Of a DNA stretch of 34,894 bases, positions 14,850 through 22,087 are shown one piece after another; position 1 is the stretch's first letter; each line of letters opens with the position of its first letter. The position numbers were made by a program, and so were the translations under genes. This DNA comes from a virus (taxonomy: Duplodnaviria > Caudoviricetes): positions 1 through 34,894 of the IMG/VR virus record IMGVR_UViG_3300037183_000089. One strand, given 5' to 3'. The notes under the pieces are model-generated. The model was not told the DNA's origin. It ran no database searches and saw only the letters and a list, made by a program, of their open reading frames with translations.

Positions 14850-15275
14850 CTGCGAGTAAGGTAAGCGATGCGGACGGAGGGCGCAGATGCCTCGCCTATT
14901 GCCTTGTCTCCGCCCGGCTACCCTGACCTCCTCGGCGCTTTCCCTAATCCGGGGTGCGAAGCGCCTACTAAGGGAGTGACCGCATGGCATGGGATCGCTA
15001 CACCCTTGGGCGACCCTCATCATATCGAAAACTCCACCGCTCGCGGATCAACGGCGAGGAGGCTCTACGAGCGGTGGCTTTGCGGGAGAGAACCGCAAAC
15101 TAAAGGAGCGCAACCCGGGCGCTAGCTCAGCATACGATCTGAGGAGAAGCGTGAATCCCGGCGATGCGCTCTTGGAAGATCATACCGGAAAGTGGCAGGG
15201 GCCAGATACTTTCCTGACCCTCAACTGCGGCCTTCGAGCGCGGATCTTAAGGCGCTCGCTAGGGACTTGGGCAGA
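14850..15275 (-). ncRNA. Putative structured non-coding RNA region (unclassified)
   Basis: No convincing CDS; at least seven consecutive stems and three candidate -10 boxes (see findings). Confidence 0.55.
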
Positions 15276-15297
15276 AACATAGCAGTTCGGTCAAGAG

Positions 15298-15465
15298 CTA
15301 CTCGCCCCAAGGCGTTTCAAGCAACTGATCTGCCCAGAACTTGAAGCGCTTACCTTGGTGCTTCCCCTTCTCCTGCCAGTCAGCCCATACCCAGCCATCC
15401 TGCTCTGCTGCCATCACCAGAATCACAGGACGGCCGAGGTAGAAACGCTGTTCGCCCTCAACCAT
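15298..15465 (-). CDS. 55-aa hypothetical protein
   Basis: Manual translation MVEGEQRFYLGRPVILVMAAEQDGWVWADWQEKGKHQGKRFKFWADQLLETPWGE; overlaps the upstream stop. Confidence 0.65.
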   Translation of the reverse strand: MVEGEQRFYLGRPVILVMAAEQDGWVWADWQEKGKHQGKRFKFWADQLLETPWGE

Positions 15466-15811
15466 TCGGACCTAGCGGAGAATCGGGCTGTATCGCACCC
15501 AAGAGGCTCATCTGGTCTTTCTTACGCCGCTTCGCGCCTGCTGCTGGCATCTCTATGAGCATGATGTTTTCCTCGTCGTTTGGGTCTAGGAAAACCTTGA
15601 TCTTGTAGCCACGCGCTCGTAGCTCTGTGGCGATAGCGGGAAGAGAGCACCAGCCTTGTTCGTGGAAGTAGGACGCGGGCACTCCAGCCTCCTTGCTCTC
15701 CTTCAAGTTCAGGAGCTTCACGACCTCTGAGACGTTCGTGATCTCCTTCGAGAGCGCCTGAGGCACCCAGCCGCCTGCTCCATCGTCCTTGTAGGGCTTA
15801 TGGAGCGGCAT
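15458..15811 (-). CDS. Putative winged-helix protein
   Basis: VVKLL...SLPAIATELRARGYKI resembles a phage wHTH. Confidence 0.55.
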   Translation of the reverse strand: MPLHKPYKDDGAGGWVPQALSKEITNVSEVVKLLNLKESKEAGVPASYFHEQGWCSLPAIATELRARGYKIKVFLDPNDEENIMLIEMPAAGAKRRKKDQMSLLGAIQPDSPLGPNG

Positions 15812-15980
15812 CGCGCAACCTAGCTTTGTCCACCGCTTCAGAGAAGTTCATCGCATCTACGGCGCGCTGAAGACGATTAGCCGCAGCGGTGTCTCGCTCA
15901 ACCGCGAAGCTCGCGTCGAGAACCAAGAGAACCGCCTCGGCGGCCTGGCGAAGCTCCCAGACCTCTCCCTCAAACATCAA
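15798..15980 (-). CDS. Hypothetical protein
   Basis: Coupled within the operon. Confidence 0.6.
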   Translation of the reverse strand: MMFEGEVWELRQAAEAVLLVLDASFAVERDTAAANRLQRAVDAMNFSEAVDKARLRDAAP

Positions 15981-16339
15981 GGAGCCAGCCCGTCGATTCT
16001 CTCGGAAGTGCGGTGGATGTCCCTTACCACCGTGGCCTCTCGCTCTGCCTCATCAACCTTGAGCAACGACGCCTTAGCCAGTGAAGCCGCGATATCCCGC
16101 TTCATGCGATGTTCTGCCGCGTCGGCTTCAGCTCGTATCTGCGCTACGCCTGCTGGCTCTCCCGCAGCGCGATATTCAACCAGCTTGATCGCCTTGGTTT
16201 TGCGATAGGCCAGGTCTTCCTTGGCAGCCTCTTCGGAGTGGCGCACGTAGTCCCGCCTGGCTGCTCTACGGTCTTCTGCGATAGAGCGGTCGGCCTTGCG
16301 CCTCTGATCCAAGTCCATGACCGTAGGTATGCCGTTCAT
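15977..16339 (-). CDS. Helical phage protein
   Basis: AYRKTKAIKLVEYRAAGEPAGVAQIRAEAD; all-helical; ATGA-coupled. Confidence 0.7.
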   Translation of the reverse strand: MNGIPTVMDLDQRRKADRSIAEDRRAARRDYVRHSEEAAKEDLAYRKTKAIKLVEYRAAGEPAGVAQIRAEADAAEHRMKRDIAASLAKASLLKVDEAEREATVVRDIHRTSERIDGLAP

Positions 16340-16584
16340 TCGTCCTGCCAGCGAGCGTAGTCATCGATCGGACCATAAAAGCGTGCTTCGTCTTCCGCGC
16401 GGCGCTGGGAGCGCTCGTCTGCAAAGAGATAGGGCGGAATGCGATAGTCAAGCTGATGGCAGATTCCGTCGTCTACGGCCTTGCGGAGACGCGCCACCGA
16501 AGCCTCTTCTCGCACTACTCGCCGTTCTTCAGCCTGATCCGCTGCTTCTTGCTCGGCGCGCTCTCTGGCTTCTTGAGAGTTCAT
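16336..16584 (-). CDS. Hypothetical protein
   Basis: ATGA overlaps at both ends. Confidence 0.65.
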   Translation of the reverse strand: MNSQEARERAEQEAADQAEERRVVREEASVARLRKAVDDGICHQLDYRIPPYLFADERSQRRAEDEARFYGPIDDYARWQDE

Positions 16585-16787
16585 AGGAGCTTCCCGTCAT
16601 CGAAAATGTAGAAGGGAACGCCCATGTTCCGACCGTTGGCTTCAGCATTCTCCAAGTCGTTGGTCTCCCAATAAACGCGTAGGCCAGCCTCGGTGGCAAT
16701 CGCCATCTCATATCGACACCCGTGATCTACGGTTCCGGGTGGATACGAGAGTTGGCCTCTCGCGGGTTCCTTCTCAACCTCAATCAT
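16581..16787 (-). CDS. Hypothetical protein
   Basis: ATGA overlaps; GAGGAG RBS. Confidence 0.65.
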   Translation of the reverse strand: MIEVEKEPARGQLSYPPGTVDHGCRYEMAIATEAGLRVYWETNDLENAEANGRNMGVPFYIFDDGKLL

Positions 16788-17368
16788 GCTGTTCTCCTCG
16801 CCGTCTCGTTGATCCTAGATTCCAGCTTGCTCAAGACCTTTTCGATCTTTCTCTCTGCAAACTGAAGTTCCGATCCAAAGGTACCACGGCCATGCAGGAG
16901 CGGGTTGTCCCGAATGCGGTCCAAGGCTCCTTTGACCTCTGCGCGGTGGCTTCTGAGCAGTTGAAGGGCCGGATCACTGCCCTGTTTCTTGAAGCGTTCC
17001 TGGTCGGCCCTTGAGACTTCCTCCCCAGAGCCTCTCAGAGCCGCCCCAGGGCTATGGGTATAGGCAGACGCCTCAGAGGCTTTGACAAGCTCAGCGCCCG
17101 TTAGATCGTCTCTCAGGCCCTCCTCGTAGCCAGCACTGCGAGTCCTGGCGCGTAGGAGGCGAGGACGTTCATCCCTGACCGTATAAAGCAACAGCCATAA
17201 ATCGTTGTCTTCCTGCTGAGCGCCCGATGCAACCAAAGCGACTTTGGCCGAAAGCCGGTATTCCTGGCCCATGATCCATGTGTCGAGAAAGACGGTCGGC
17301 CTAAGAATCCTTGGATGTTCTCCCGCAAAGAGAGCTTTGCGCTGCTGGCGGGTGAGGGAGAGCTTCAA
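16784..17368 (-). CDS. Hypothetical protein
   Basis: 194 aa; TTGA-coupled. Confidence 0.7.
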   Translation of the reverse strand: MKLSLTRQQRKALFAGEHPRILRPTVFLDTWIMGQEYRLSAKVALVASGAQQEDNDLWLLLYTVRDERPRLLRARTRSAGYEEGLRDDLTGAELVKASEASAYTHSPGAALRGSGEEVSRADQERFKKQGSDPALQLLRSHRAEVKGALDRIRDNPLLHGRGTFGSELQFAERKIEKVLSKLESRINETARRTA

Positions 17369-17568
17369 GCTTCTATAACTCGCAACGCTGTAGATGCTTC
17401 GATCAAAAGCAACCCCGCTTGTTTAGCACCCTCCGAGGTTAGAAGCACAGGAGCTTTCTGACCCGGAATCCGGAGAACAACATCTCCCGGTCCATCAAGA
17501 TTAGGATCGATATCGACCTCTAGGAGATCAAGTTGCTTTCGATCCGTTGAATTAGCCAGATCTTCCAT
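17365..17568 (-). CDS. Hypothetical protein
   Basis: The likely start is ATG 17568 (MEDLANS) after GAGGAGG, not the extended ORF from 17727. Confidence 0.55.
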   Translation of the reverse strand: MEDLANSTDRKQLDLLEVDIDPNLDGPGDVVLRIPGQKAPVLLTSEGAKQAGLLLIEASTALRVIEA

Positions 17569-18047
17569 TTTCCCGAATCCTCCTCGCCTGGAACCCTCTC
17601 CGCAAAGTCTTCGGCCATGCTCTTCGATTCCCAAAGCTTCTTCCAGCCATTGTGGGCTTTCGTCCGCCCGTTTTTCGAGGTCGAAATCCAGGGATCGTAG
17701 GCAGCGCCGCAAACAACCTGAAGGCACCCTACCAGCCCCATCCGCTTCAGGTGCTTCTTGACAAGCCAGAAGTCATCAGCGTCGAACTCGGTTTTGGGAT
17801 ACCAGCACGAAAGCCGCCACCACGTATGCAAGCACTCAGCCTCGTCCCAGAGGGAATCAGTCTTTGCCACCGTCTCGTCGTCTCGCTCAAGCTTGGTGAT
17901 CTTGGCCTTGAGGACACGAAGATCCTTCTCGTACTGGACCAGGATGTCCTCGCGTTTCTCGCATTGAGGGCAACTAACGATCTCCCCGGTCTCAGGGGAG
18001 ACGACACCGAGAAGTGGACGGCGGCTCAAGCGTCCTGCTCCACCCAA
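17520..18047 (-). CDS. Putative replication initiator / replisome-organiser-like protein
   Basis: PETGEI motif, CPQC and coiled coil, then HLKRMGLVGCLQVVCGAAYDPW...NG...GWKKLW, which resembles the C-terminal domain of phage replisome organisers. Confidence 0.5.
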   Translation of the reverse strand: MGGAGRLSRRPLLGVVSPETGEIVSCPQCEKREDILVQYEKDLRVLKAKITKLERDDETVAKTDSLWDEAECLHTWWRLSCWYPKTEFDADDFWLVKKHLKRMGLVGCLQVVCGAAYDPWISTSKNGRTKAHNGWKKLWESKSMAEDFAERVPGEEDSGKWKIWLIQRIESNLIS

Positions 18048-18253
18048 GCGCGCCTGACTGCGCTCATCAGGATCTCGTCTAGGCGCTCGATCTCTCCGAC
18101 TTCTTTCGGGCCGCTGACGCAGACGATGATGTCCTTCATGGCCTCGAAGCGAGCTTTATAAGCCTCAACAAGAGCGATCTGCTTAAGCCACTCGTCTCTG
18201 CGGCCAGCTTGATACGCCTCCTTGCAGCATTGCTCGGTCCCCTCGCCTTGCAT
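18026..18253 (-). CDS. Hypothetical protein
   Basis: ATG 18253 after GAAGG; EAYQAG motif. Confidence 0.6.
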   Translation of the reverse strand: MQGEGTEQCCKEAYQAGRRDEWLKQIALVEAYKARFEAMKDIIVCVSGPKEVGEIERLDEILMSAVRRAWVEQDA

Positions 18254-18264
18254 ACCTTCTTCTA

Positions 18265-18501
18265 TCACGCCCGCTCGAAAGCTTCGCCATCCCACCGCCA
18301 CTCCGGCCAGTGGGGGTGAAGTTGGCCCGGTTGCAGCTCGCGGCTTTTGCGAGGACGCGCTTTAGTCCCGTCGCGCTTGTCGGCCTCTTTGAGTAGCCGC
18401 TTCCGCCAACCCTTCGGAGGTGGCCACGGGATGCCCCATAGCGCCAGTTGTCTACGAGTCGGCCGGAACGTCTCGATCTGCTTTCGAGTCGGTTTTTCCA
18501 T
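18265..18501 (-). CDS. Small phage protein with TRRQL..WG.PWPPPKGW motif
   Basis: Recurrent motif in small phage hypothetical proteins (from recall). Confidence 0.7.
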   Translation of the reverse strand: MEKPTRKQIETFRPTRRQLALWGIPWPPPKGWRKRLLKEADKRDGTKARPRKSRELQPGQLHPHWPEWRWDGEAFERA

Positions 18502-18509
18502 AGCTGGGA

Positions 18510-18760
18510 CTTCTTTCTTTGGCTAAGAGACGCCAAGGTGTCCGTGGGGGCTAGGTAGCTATGTATCCCCCCAAGCCAAACAACGATCAACTGCTTTGGC
18601 TGCCCTCAAGCTCGTCAGGTAGAGGGGTATCGTGCTGCTTACGGGCTGTCACGCCTCCGTAAGACCCATCCGAATCCCGCCTGATCCGCTCGCCACGTCG
18701 GGCTCATCCCCAATTGCCGAAGCTCAGTCCACAGGGTTTGTCATCGGCTCTGCCGGACTG
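18510..18760 (-). other. Hairpin-dense non-coding region with a G6 tract; candidate origin or structured leader
   Basis: Stems CAGTCC/GGACTG, CTTACGG/CCGTAAG, CCCTC/GAGGG, AGCCAAA/TTTGGCT, GGGGG/CCCCC and TTGGC/GCCAA. Confidence 0.55.
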
Positions 18761-18762
18761 TG

Positions 18763-19044
18763 CTAACGTTCCGTGAGACGACTTCCTGGAGAGGTTGTGG
18801 TCAACTTTGAGAGGGCGTCCTTCGGGGCGCCTTTCTCTTGCTCGGAAGGAATCCGGCTCTCGCCAGCGGCCCCTTCGAGCGACAAGTTCTCGGCGTTCTC
18901 ACGCGCCAAGGGTTCAAGCTGCTTCTTATAAGCGGCCTGGGCCAAGTCTTTCCAAGATTCCGGCCTGGAGTACTGCGGGTAGCCGTTCGCATGCCTACGA
19001 CCAGCCTTAGTCCGGCGATCGTCCACGCGCGTGGCTTTAGGCAT
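18763..19044 (-). CDS. Hypothetical basic protein whose 3' end is covered by the antisense RNA
   Basis: ATG 19044 (MPKATRV) overlaps the upstream stop. Confidence 0.55.
   Translation of the reverse strand: MPKATRVDDRRTKAGRRHANGYPQYSRPESWKDLAQAAYKKQLEPLARENAENLSLEGAAGESRIPSEQEKGAPKDALSKLTTTSPGSRLTER
18775..18840 (+). ncRNA. Putative antisense RNA of about 65 nt
   Basis: Extended -10 TGcTAACGT at 18761-18769; terminator GAGGGCGTCC-TTCG-GGGCGCCTTTCTCTT, whose UUCG loop, G-U pairs and U-rich tail work only on the plus strand. Confidence 0.6.
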
Positions 19045-19243
19045 CTGCCTTGACCTTCGCCCGGCTCTCGACAAACAAGCGAGTTTCCATGCGCTGTTTC
19101 GGATGCTGGTCCTCAAGAGGGCCAACACAGAACTCCGTTAGGCGAGAACGCCCCATGCCGTGCTGAGGAACTTTCCCCACACGCTGACAGGAATTACAGA
19201 CTGGCAGCTCAACGTAGAGCCGATGATGTAGGCGCTCAGCCAT
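19037..19243 (-). CDS. Small putative zinc-binding protein
   Basis: CNSC...C...H pattern; TGaTATCGT -10 box upstream. Confidence 0.6.
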   Translation of the reverse strand: MAERLHHRLYVELPVCNSCQRVGKVPQHGMGRSRLTEFCVGPLEDQHPKQRMETRLFVESRAKVKADA

Positions 19244-19274
19244 GATCTAACCACGATATCACGCGCTGTTTATG

Positions 19275-19317
19275 AACGAAAGAGGCCCGCTACCCTCAAC
19301 TAAGAGAGCAACGGGCC
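19275..19317 (-). terminator. Intrinsic terminator
   Basis: GGCCCGTTGCTCTC-TTAGTT-GAGGGTAGCGGGCC-TCTTTCGTT on the minus strand. Confidence 0.8.
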
Positions 19318-19372
19318 AGTCCCATCGTCGTCAGCAGTGCATAGATACGTCTGAGAGCTTCTGCTGGGCTCT

Positions 19373-19545
19373 CTAAGCGGCGTTCTCGTCCTTTGAAGGG
19401 GTAGGTAGCGGATGAGGTTTCGCGGCGCTTGGAGGGCCGAATGCAAACCGCATGCCCGCTCTCCTCGGATCTTCTTTGATCTCCCGCTCCGGGACGCCTA
19501 GATTGCGCAGCGCCCTTCGAGAGCTTTTCGATCCCGGCGGTTCAT
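19373..19545 (-). pseudogene. Frameshifted small ORF (about 57 aa if shifted -1)
   Basis: The ATGA-coupled start gives MNRRDRKAL and stops after 15 codons; the -1 frame continues RRALRNLGVPEREIKEDPRR... to TAG 19373. Confidence 0.45.
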
Positions 19546-19754
19546 TCGGGCCTCGTAGAGGCTTCTACGACTCGCTCTGCATAGTCGGCCGCTTCTTTCG
19601 CTCTTTCCTCACGGTCCCCCAAAACACCCCAATCAATGGGAGACCTATCCCCCGCGACCCAGCCGCGCAGCCATGCGGTTTCGAGAGCTTTTCGAAAGTA
19701 CTCCGTAGGCATCTGGACGATTCGGGGCTCAGGCATCTCGGGATCAGTTCTCAT
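19542..19754 (-). CDS. Hypothetical protein
   Basis: 70 aa within the operon. Confidence 0.65.
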   Translation of the reverse strand: MRTDPEMPEPRIVQMPTEYFRKALETAWLRGWVAGDRSPIDWGVLGDREERAKEAADYAERVVEASTRPE

Positions 19755-19908
19755 GGGAAGCCATCCACTCCTTGGCCAGCTTTGCGGCTACCCGTTCGGC
19801 CCGATGTCCAGCCGCCTCATCTTGGATTCCGCCAACGCTTCCGAGCCCAGCCAAAAATGCACTGCGCAGCCAGTATTCCAGCTCTTCTTGTCTTAGTTTC
19901 CCCTGCAT
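19744..19908 (-). CDS. 54-aa hypothetical protein
   Basis: Manual translation MQGKLRQEELEYWLRSAFLAGLGSVGGIQDEAAGHRAERVAAKLAKEWMASHEN. Confidence 0.6.
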   Translation of the reverse strand: MQGKLRQEELEYWLRSAFLAGLGSVGGIQDEAAGHRAERVAAKLAKEWMASHEN

Positions 19909-20426
19909 GCCATCCACTTTTCTAGGCGGGCTAGGAGGATCGCTCCGGTGCCCAGCTTGGTTTGAGCATCGGCTATGAGTTGACGCATTCGAGGCTCCTT
20001 CGACGGGTCGTAAGCCAGCTTGGCGACCTCAAGTGCTTGCTCGGCGTTGATCAGGGCCTCGTTGTCCTGACGCTGCCACTCCTCCAGCCAGGGCCGTAGC
20101 TGAGCTACTGGGAAGAGTTCTCCGAGAAACCATGAAGGAACGGGCATCCCGGTTCCACCATCTTCCGGGGCTCTTCGCTCCCAGCCAATATCGCCCAGGA
20201 GGTTGGAGAGGGCCGCGATCTTACGGGCGCAAGCCGAGGCGTCTTCAGCGAGCCCTCTATCCGGCGGCGCAACGAAGACGCCTAGATTATTAGCCAGACC
20301 CGCAACCGAATCCAAGGCATGGCCTGCGATGTAATCTCTCTCTTCTCGGCTGAGGCGAAAGCTTCCCGAATTCGCATGAACGTCAACGGGTGGCCAAGGG
20401 TTTTTGTCTACAGCGTCAAGCATCAT
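19893..20426 (-). CDS. Hypothetical protein
   Basis: GGAGG RBS; 177 aa, helical. Confidence 0.7.
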   Translation of the reverse strand: MMLDAVDKNPWPPVDVHANSGSFRLSREERDYIAGHALDSVAGLANNLGVFVAPPDRGLAEDASACARKIAALSNLLGDIGWERRAPEDGGTGMPVPSWFLGELFPVAQLRPWLEEWQRQDNEALINAEQALEVAKLAYDPSKEPRMRQLIADAQTKLGTGAILLARLEKWMACRGN

Positions 20427-20586
20427 TGCCTCCGTTTCGGGTCCGCAGTTCCTTGCGTAGCTTCTGGAGATCCTCGTCCATGGCGCTGAGGACCTTCAAA
20501 ATCGCCAGAAGAAGCCGTTGATTCGGCTCCTTTTCGGGATCTAGGGTTTCCTCGATTAGGGTCGCTGCTTCTTCTCTCGCGTCCAC
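20416..20586 (-). CDS. 56-aa hypothetical protein
   Basis: Manual translation from GTG: MDAREEAATLIEETLDPEKEPNQRLLLAILKVLSAMDEDLQKLRKEL...; GGAGG RBS. Confidence 0.6.
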   Translation of the reverse strand: MDAREEAATLIEETLDPEKEPNQRLLLAILKVLSAMDEDLQKLRKELRTRNGGNDA

Positions 20587-20588
20587 GC

Positions 20589-20996
20589 TCAAGCCTCCAC
20601 GGGACGGCCGGTGGCTCGACAGAGGCCAGCGATTAGCGCTACGGCTGAGTCCGGCAGAGCGTGAGGACCTTCAATCGAATCGATCAATTCCGCGATCTGA
20701 TCCAGAGCTACGGTATCCGTCATCGTGGCTTCAAAGGCCCTGCTCGGCAGGTAATGCTTCTGCCAGGCCCCTCGTTTCTGTTCTCCTCCGACGACCTTAA
20801 GCGCTCCGGCCTCAAAGAGGACCTTGAAGTGGTAGCTGATCGGGCCGAGGGGGACTCCGAGCTTGTCTCCGGCCTGCTTGGCAGAGATTGTCTCCCCCTT
20901 GGCCTTCGCTTCCTCGGCCAGGATCATGATCTTGCGGCGTATTGGGGTACGACAGGCGTCTACGAGGGCCATTGCGTTCTTCTCGGGTTTAGGCAT
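20589..20996 (-). CDS. ArsR-like winged-helix transcription regulator
   Basis: TPIRRKIM...ISAKQAGDKLGVPLGPISYHFKVLFEAGAL...KRGAWQKHY; GAGG RBS before ATG 20996. Confidence 0.85.
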   Translation of the reverse strand: MPKPEKNAMALVDACRTPIRRKIMILAEEAKAKGETISAKQAGDKLGVPLGPISYHFKVLFEAGALKVVGGEQKRGAWQKHYLPSRAFEATMTDTVALDQIAELIDSIEGPHALPDSAVALIAGLCRATGRPVEA

Positions 20997-21192
20997 GATC
21001 GATTCCTCCCCGGGTCTCAATCCACCACTCAAAACCGCTTTCTTGAAGTGCGTCCTCCAGACCGTCCGAAAGTGGACCACCCCTCATCAAGGAATCTTCT
21101 ATCTCGCTGGCGGTTTCGCCCTCGTTAGCGTGGTGCCATCCCCCATCGTCCCTGATATTGCCGTTTACGCTCCAGCAAACTCGGTATTCCAT
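20989..21192 (-). CDS. Small acidic hypothetical protein
   Basis: GGGAG RBS; first gene after a strong promoter. Confidence 0.7.
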   Translation of the reverse strand: MEYRVCWSVNGNIRDDGGWHHANEGETASEIEDSLMRGGPLSDGLEDALQESGFEWWIETRGGIDHA

Positions 21193-21228
21193 AGGTTCTC
21201 TCCCTACGTTGTGGTCAGTGCTTCTTAG

Positions 21229-21256
21229 ACCATACAGATTCAGGAGGAACTGTCAA
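21229..21256 (-). promoter_or_regulatory. Sigma70-type promoter
   Basis: TTGACA-N16-TATGGT on the minus strand, directly after a terminator. Confidence 0.75.
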
Positions 21257-21262
21257 GAACTA

Positions 21263-21298
21263 CAAACAAAAAGAGCCACCCTCCGAGGAGAGTGGCTC
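21263..21298 (-). terminator. Intrinsic terminator
   Basis: GAGCCACTCTC-CTCG-GAGGGTGGCTC-TTTTTGTTT. Confidence 0.85.
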
Positions 21299-21330
21299 AG
21301 AAAACCAAGCGCCTGTCTGAATTTAGGCTA

Positions 21331-21864
21331 TCAAAATGGAACGTCTGTCTCAGGCTTCTTCTCGGCTGCGGGTTGAGCCTTGGCCGCATCGCTGATCGCA
21401 GCGGTCTTTTCGTCCAGGACGCAGGCGAAAGCCTCCAGGTCATCTAGACGTTGTTGAACGGCGCTGGGAGATGCCCCGCCGTCTGCGAGAATTGGCAAAG
21501 GGGAAAACGTATGGGCCGCTACGAGGAGGTTGTGAGCGTGCCTCGCTCCTGCGATTTCTGAAGGATCGCGGGGCTTGAAGGTTCCTCCGCCCTTCGACCC
21601 GCCACCTCCCGAGAAACCGCCATCTTTGAACTCCTTCTTGAACTTATCCGCGAAGTCCGGGTTGGAACTGGACGTGATCGTCCCTGAGAGCGTTTCTCCG
21701 GCCTGTGGAGGGGCTGTGGAGGGCTTCTGGTTCATCTCTACCTGACGGGTGTTTCCGGAGCCGTCACCGACTTCCTGTAGCTCCAGGGCGTAGGTTGACA
21801 TCGGGCCGAATTTTCCGTTCCAGTCTTCCTTGTGATCCGCTCGTACAACTTGGTAATCAGGCAC
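21331..21864 (-). CDS. Putative single-stranded DNA-binding protein
   Basis: Beta-rich N-domain, Gly-rich linker and acidic-aromatic tail ETDVPF; GTG 21864 after GAGGAG. Confidence 0.65.
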   Translation of the reverse strand: MPDYQVVRADHKEDWNGKFGPMSTYALELQEVGDGSGNTRQVEMNQKPSTAPPQAGETLSGTITSSSNPDFADKFKKEFKDGGFSGGGGSKGGGTFKPRDPSEIAGARHAHNLLVAAHTFSPLPILADGGASPSAVQQRLDDLEAFACVLDEKTAAISDAAKAQPAAEKKPETDVPF

Positions 21865-22042
21865 TGGCTCTCTCCTCTTGGATGGTTTCAACGCGTCGTC
21901 GGGCGTCCGCGAGTTCTTCCCCGGCAGTCTCTAGGCAGCCGACGATCACCCGATCGTCACGGCTCATCTTCTGCAGGTAGACCACAGCGTCCTCCAAAAC
22001 ACGAAGACGCCTCTGTATTCCTTCTGCGCGTAGTTGTTTCAT
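21857..22042 (-). CDS. Small coiled-coil protein, leaderless
   Basis: TAGATT plus 6 nt then ATG 22042. Confidence 0.65.
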   Translation of the reverse strand: MKQLRAEGIQRRLRVLEDAVVYLQKMSRDDRVIVGCLETAGEELADARRRVETIQEERASA

Positions 22043-22087
22043 GGACACAATCTAGCGCAGTCTCCGGACATCGGATACGCTGCCCGC

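Noticed and set aside
15014-15022. 9-nt complement (UGAUGAGGG) to the sRNA at 22.8 kb
   Set aside because: A 9-nt match is expected by chance in 35 kb.
14860-15230. Fragments resembling RNase P RNA (GGAAAGT, GGAAAGCGCC, CAAGGCAATAGG)
   Set aside because: The GAGGAAAGUCC and ACAGAAxxCGGCUUA P4 strands are absent and the fragment order does not fit.
14838-15282. ORFs 14838..15023, 14868..15125 and 14989..15282
   Set aside because: No RBS or coupling and atypical composition; the dense base-pairing explains the region better.
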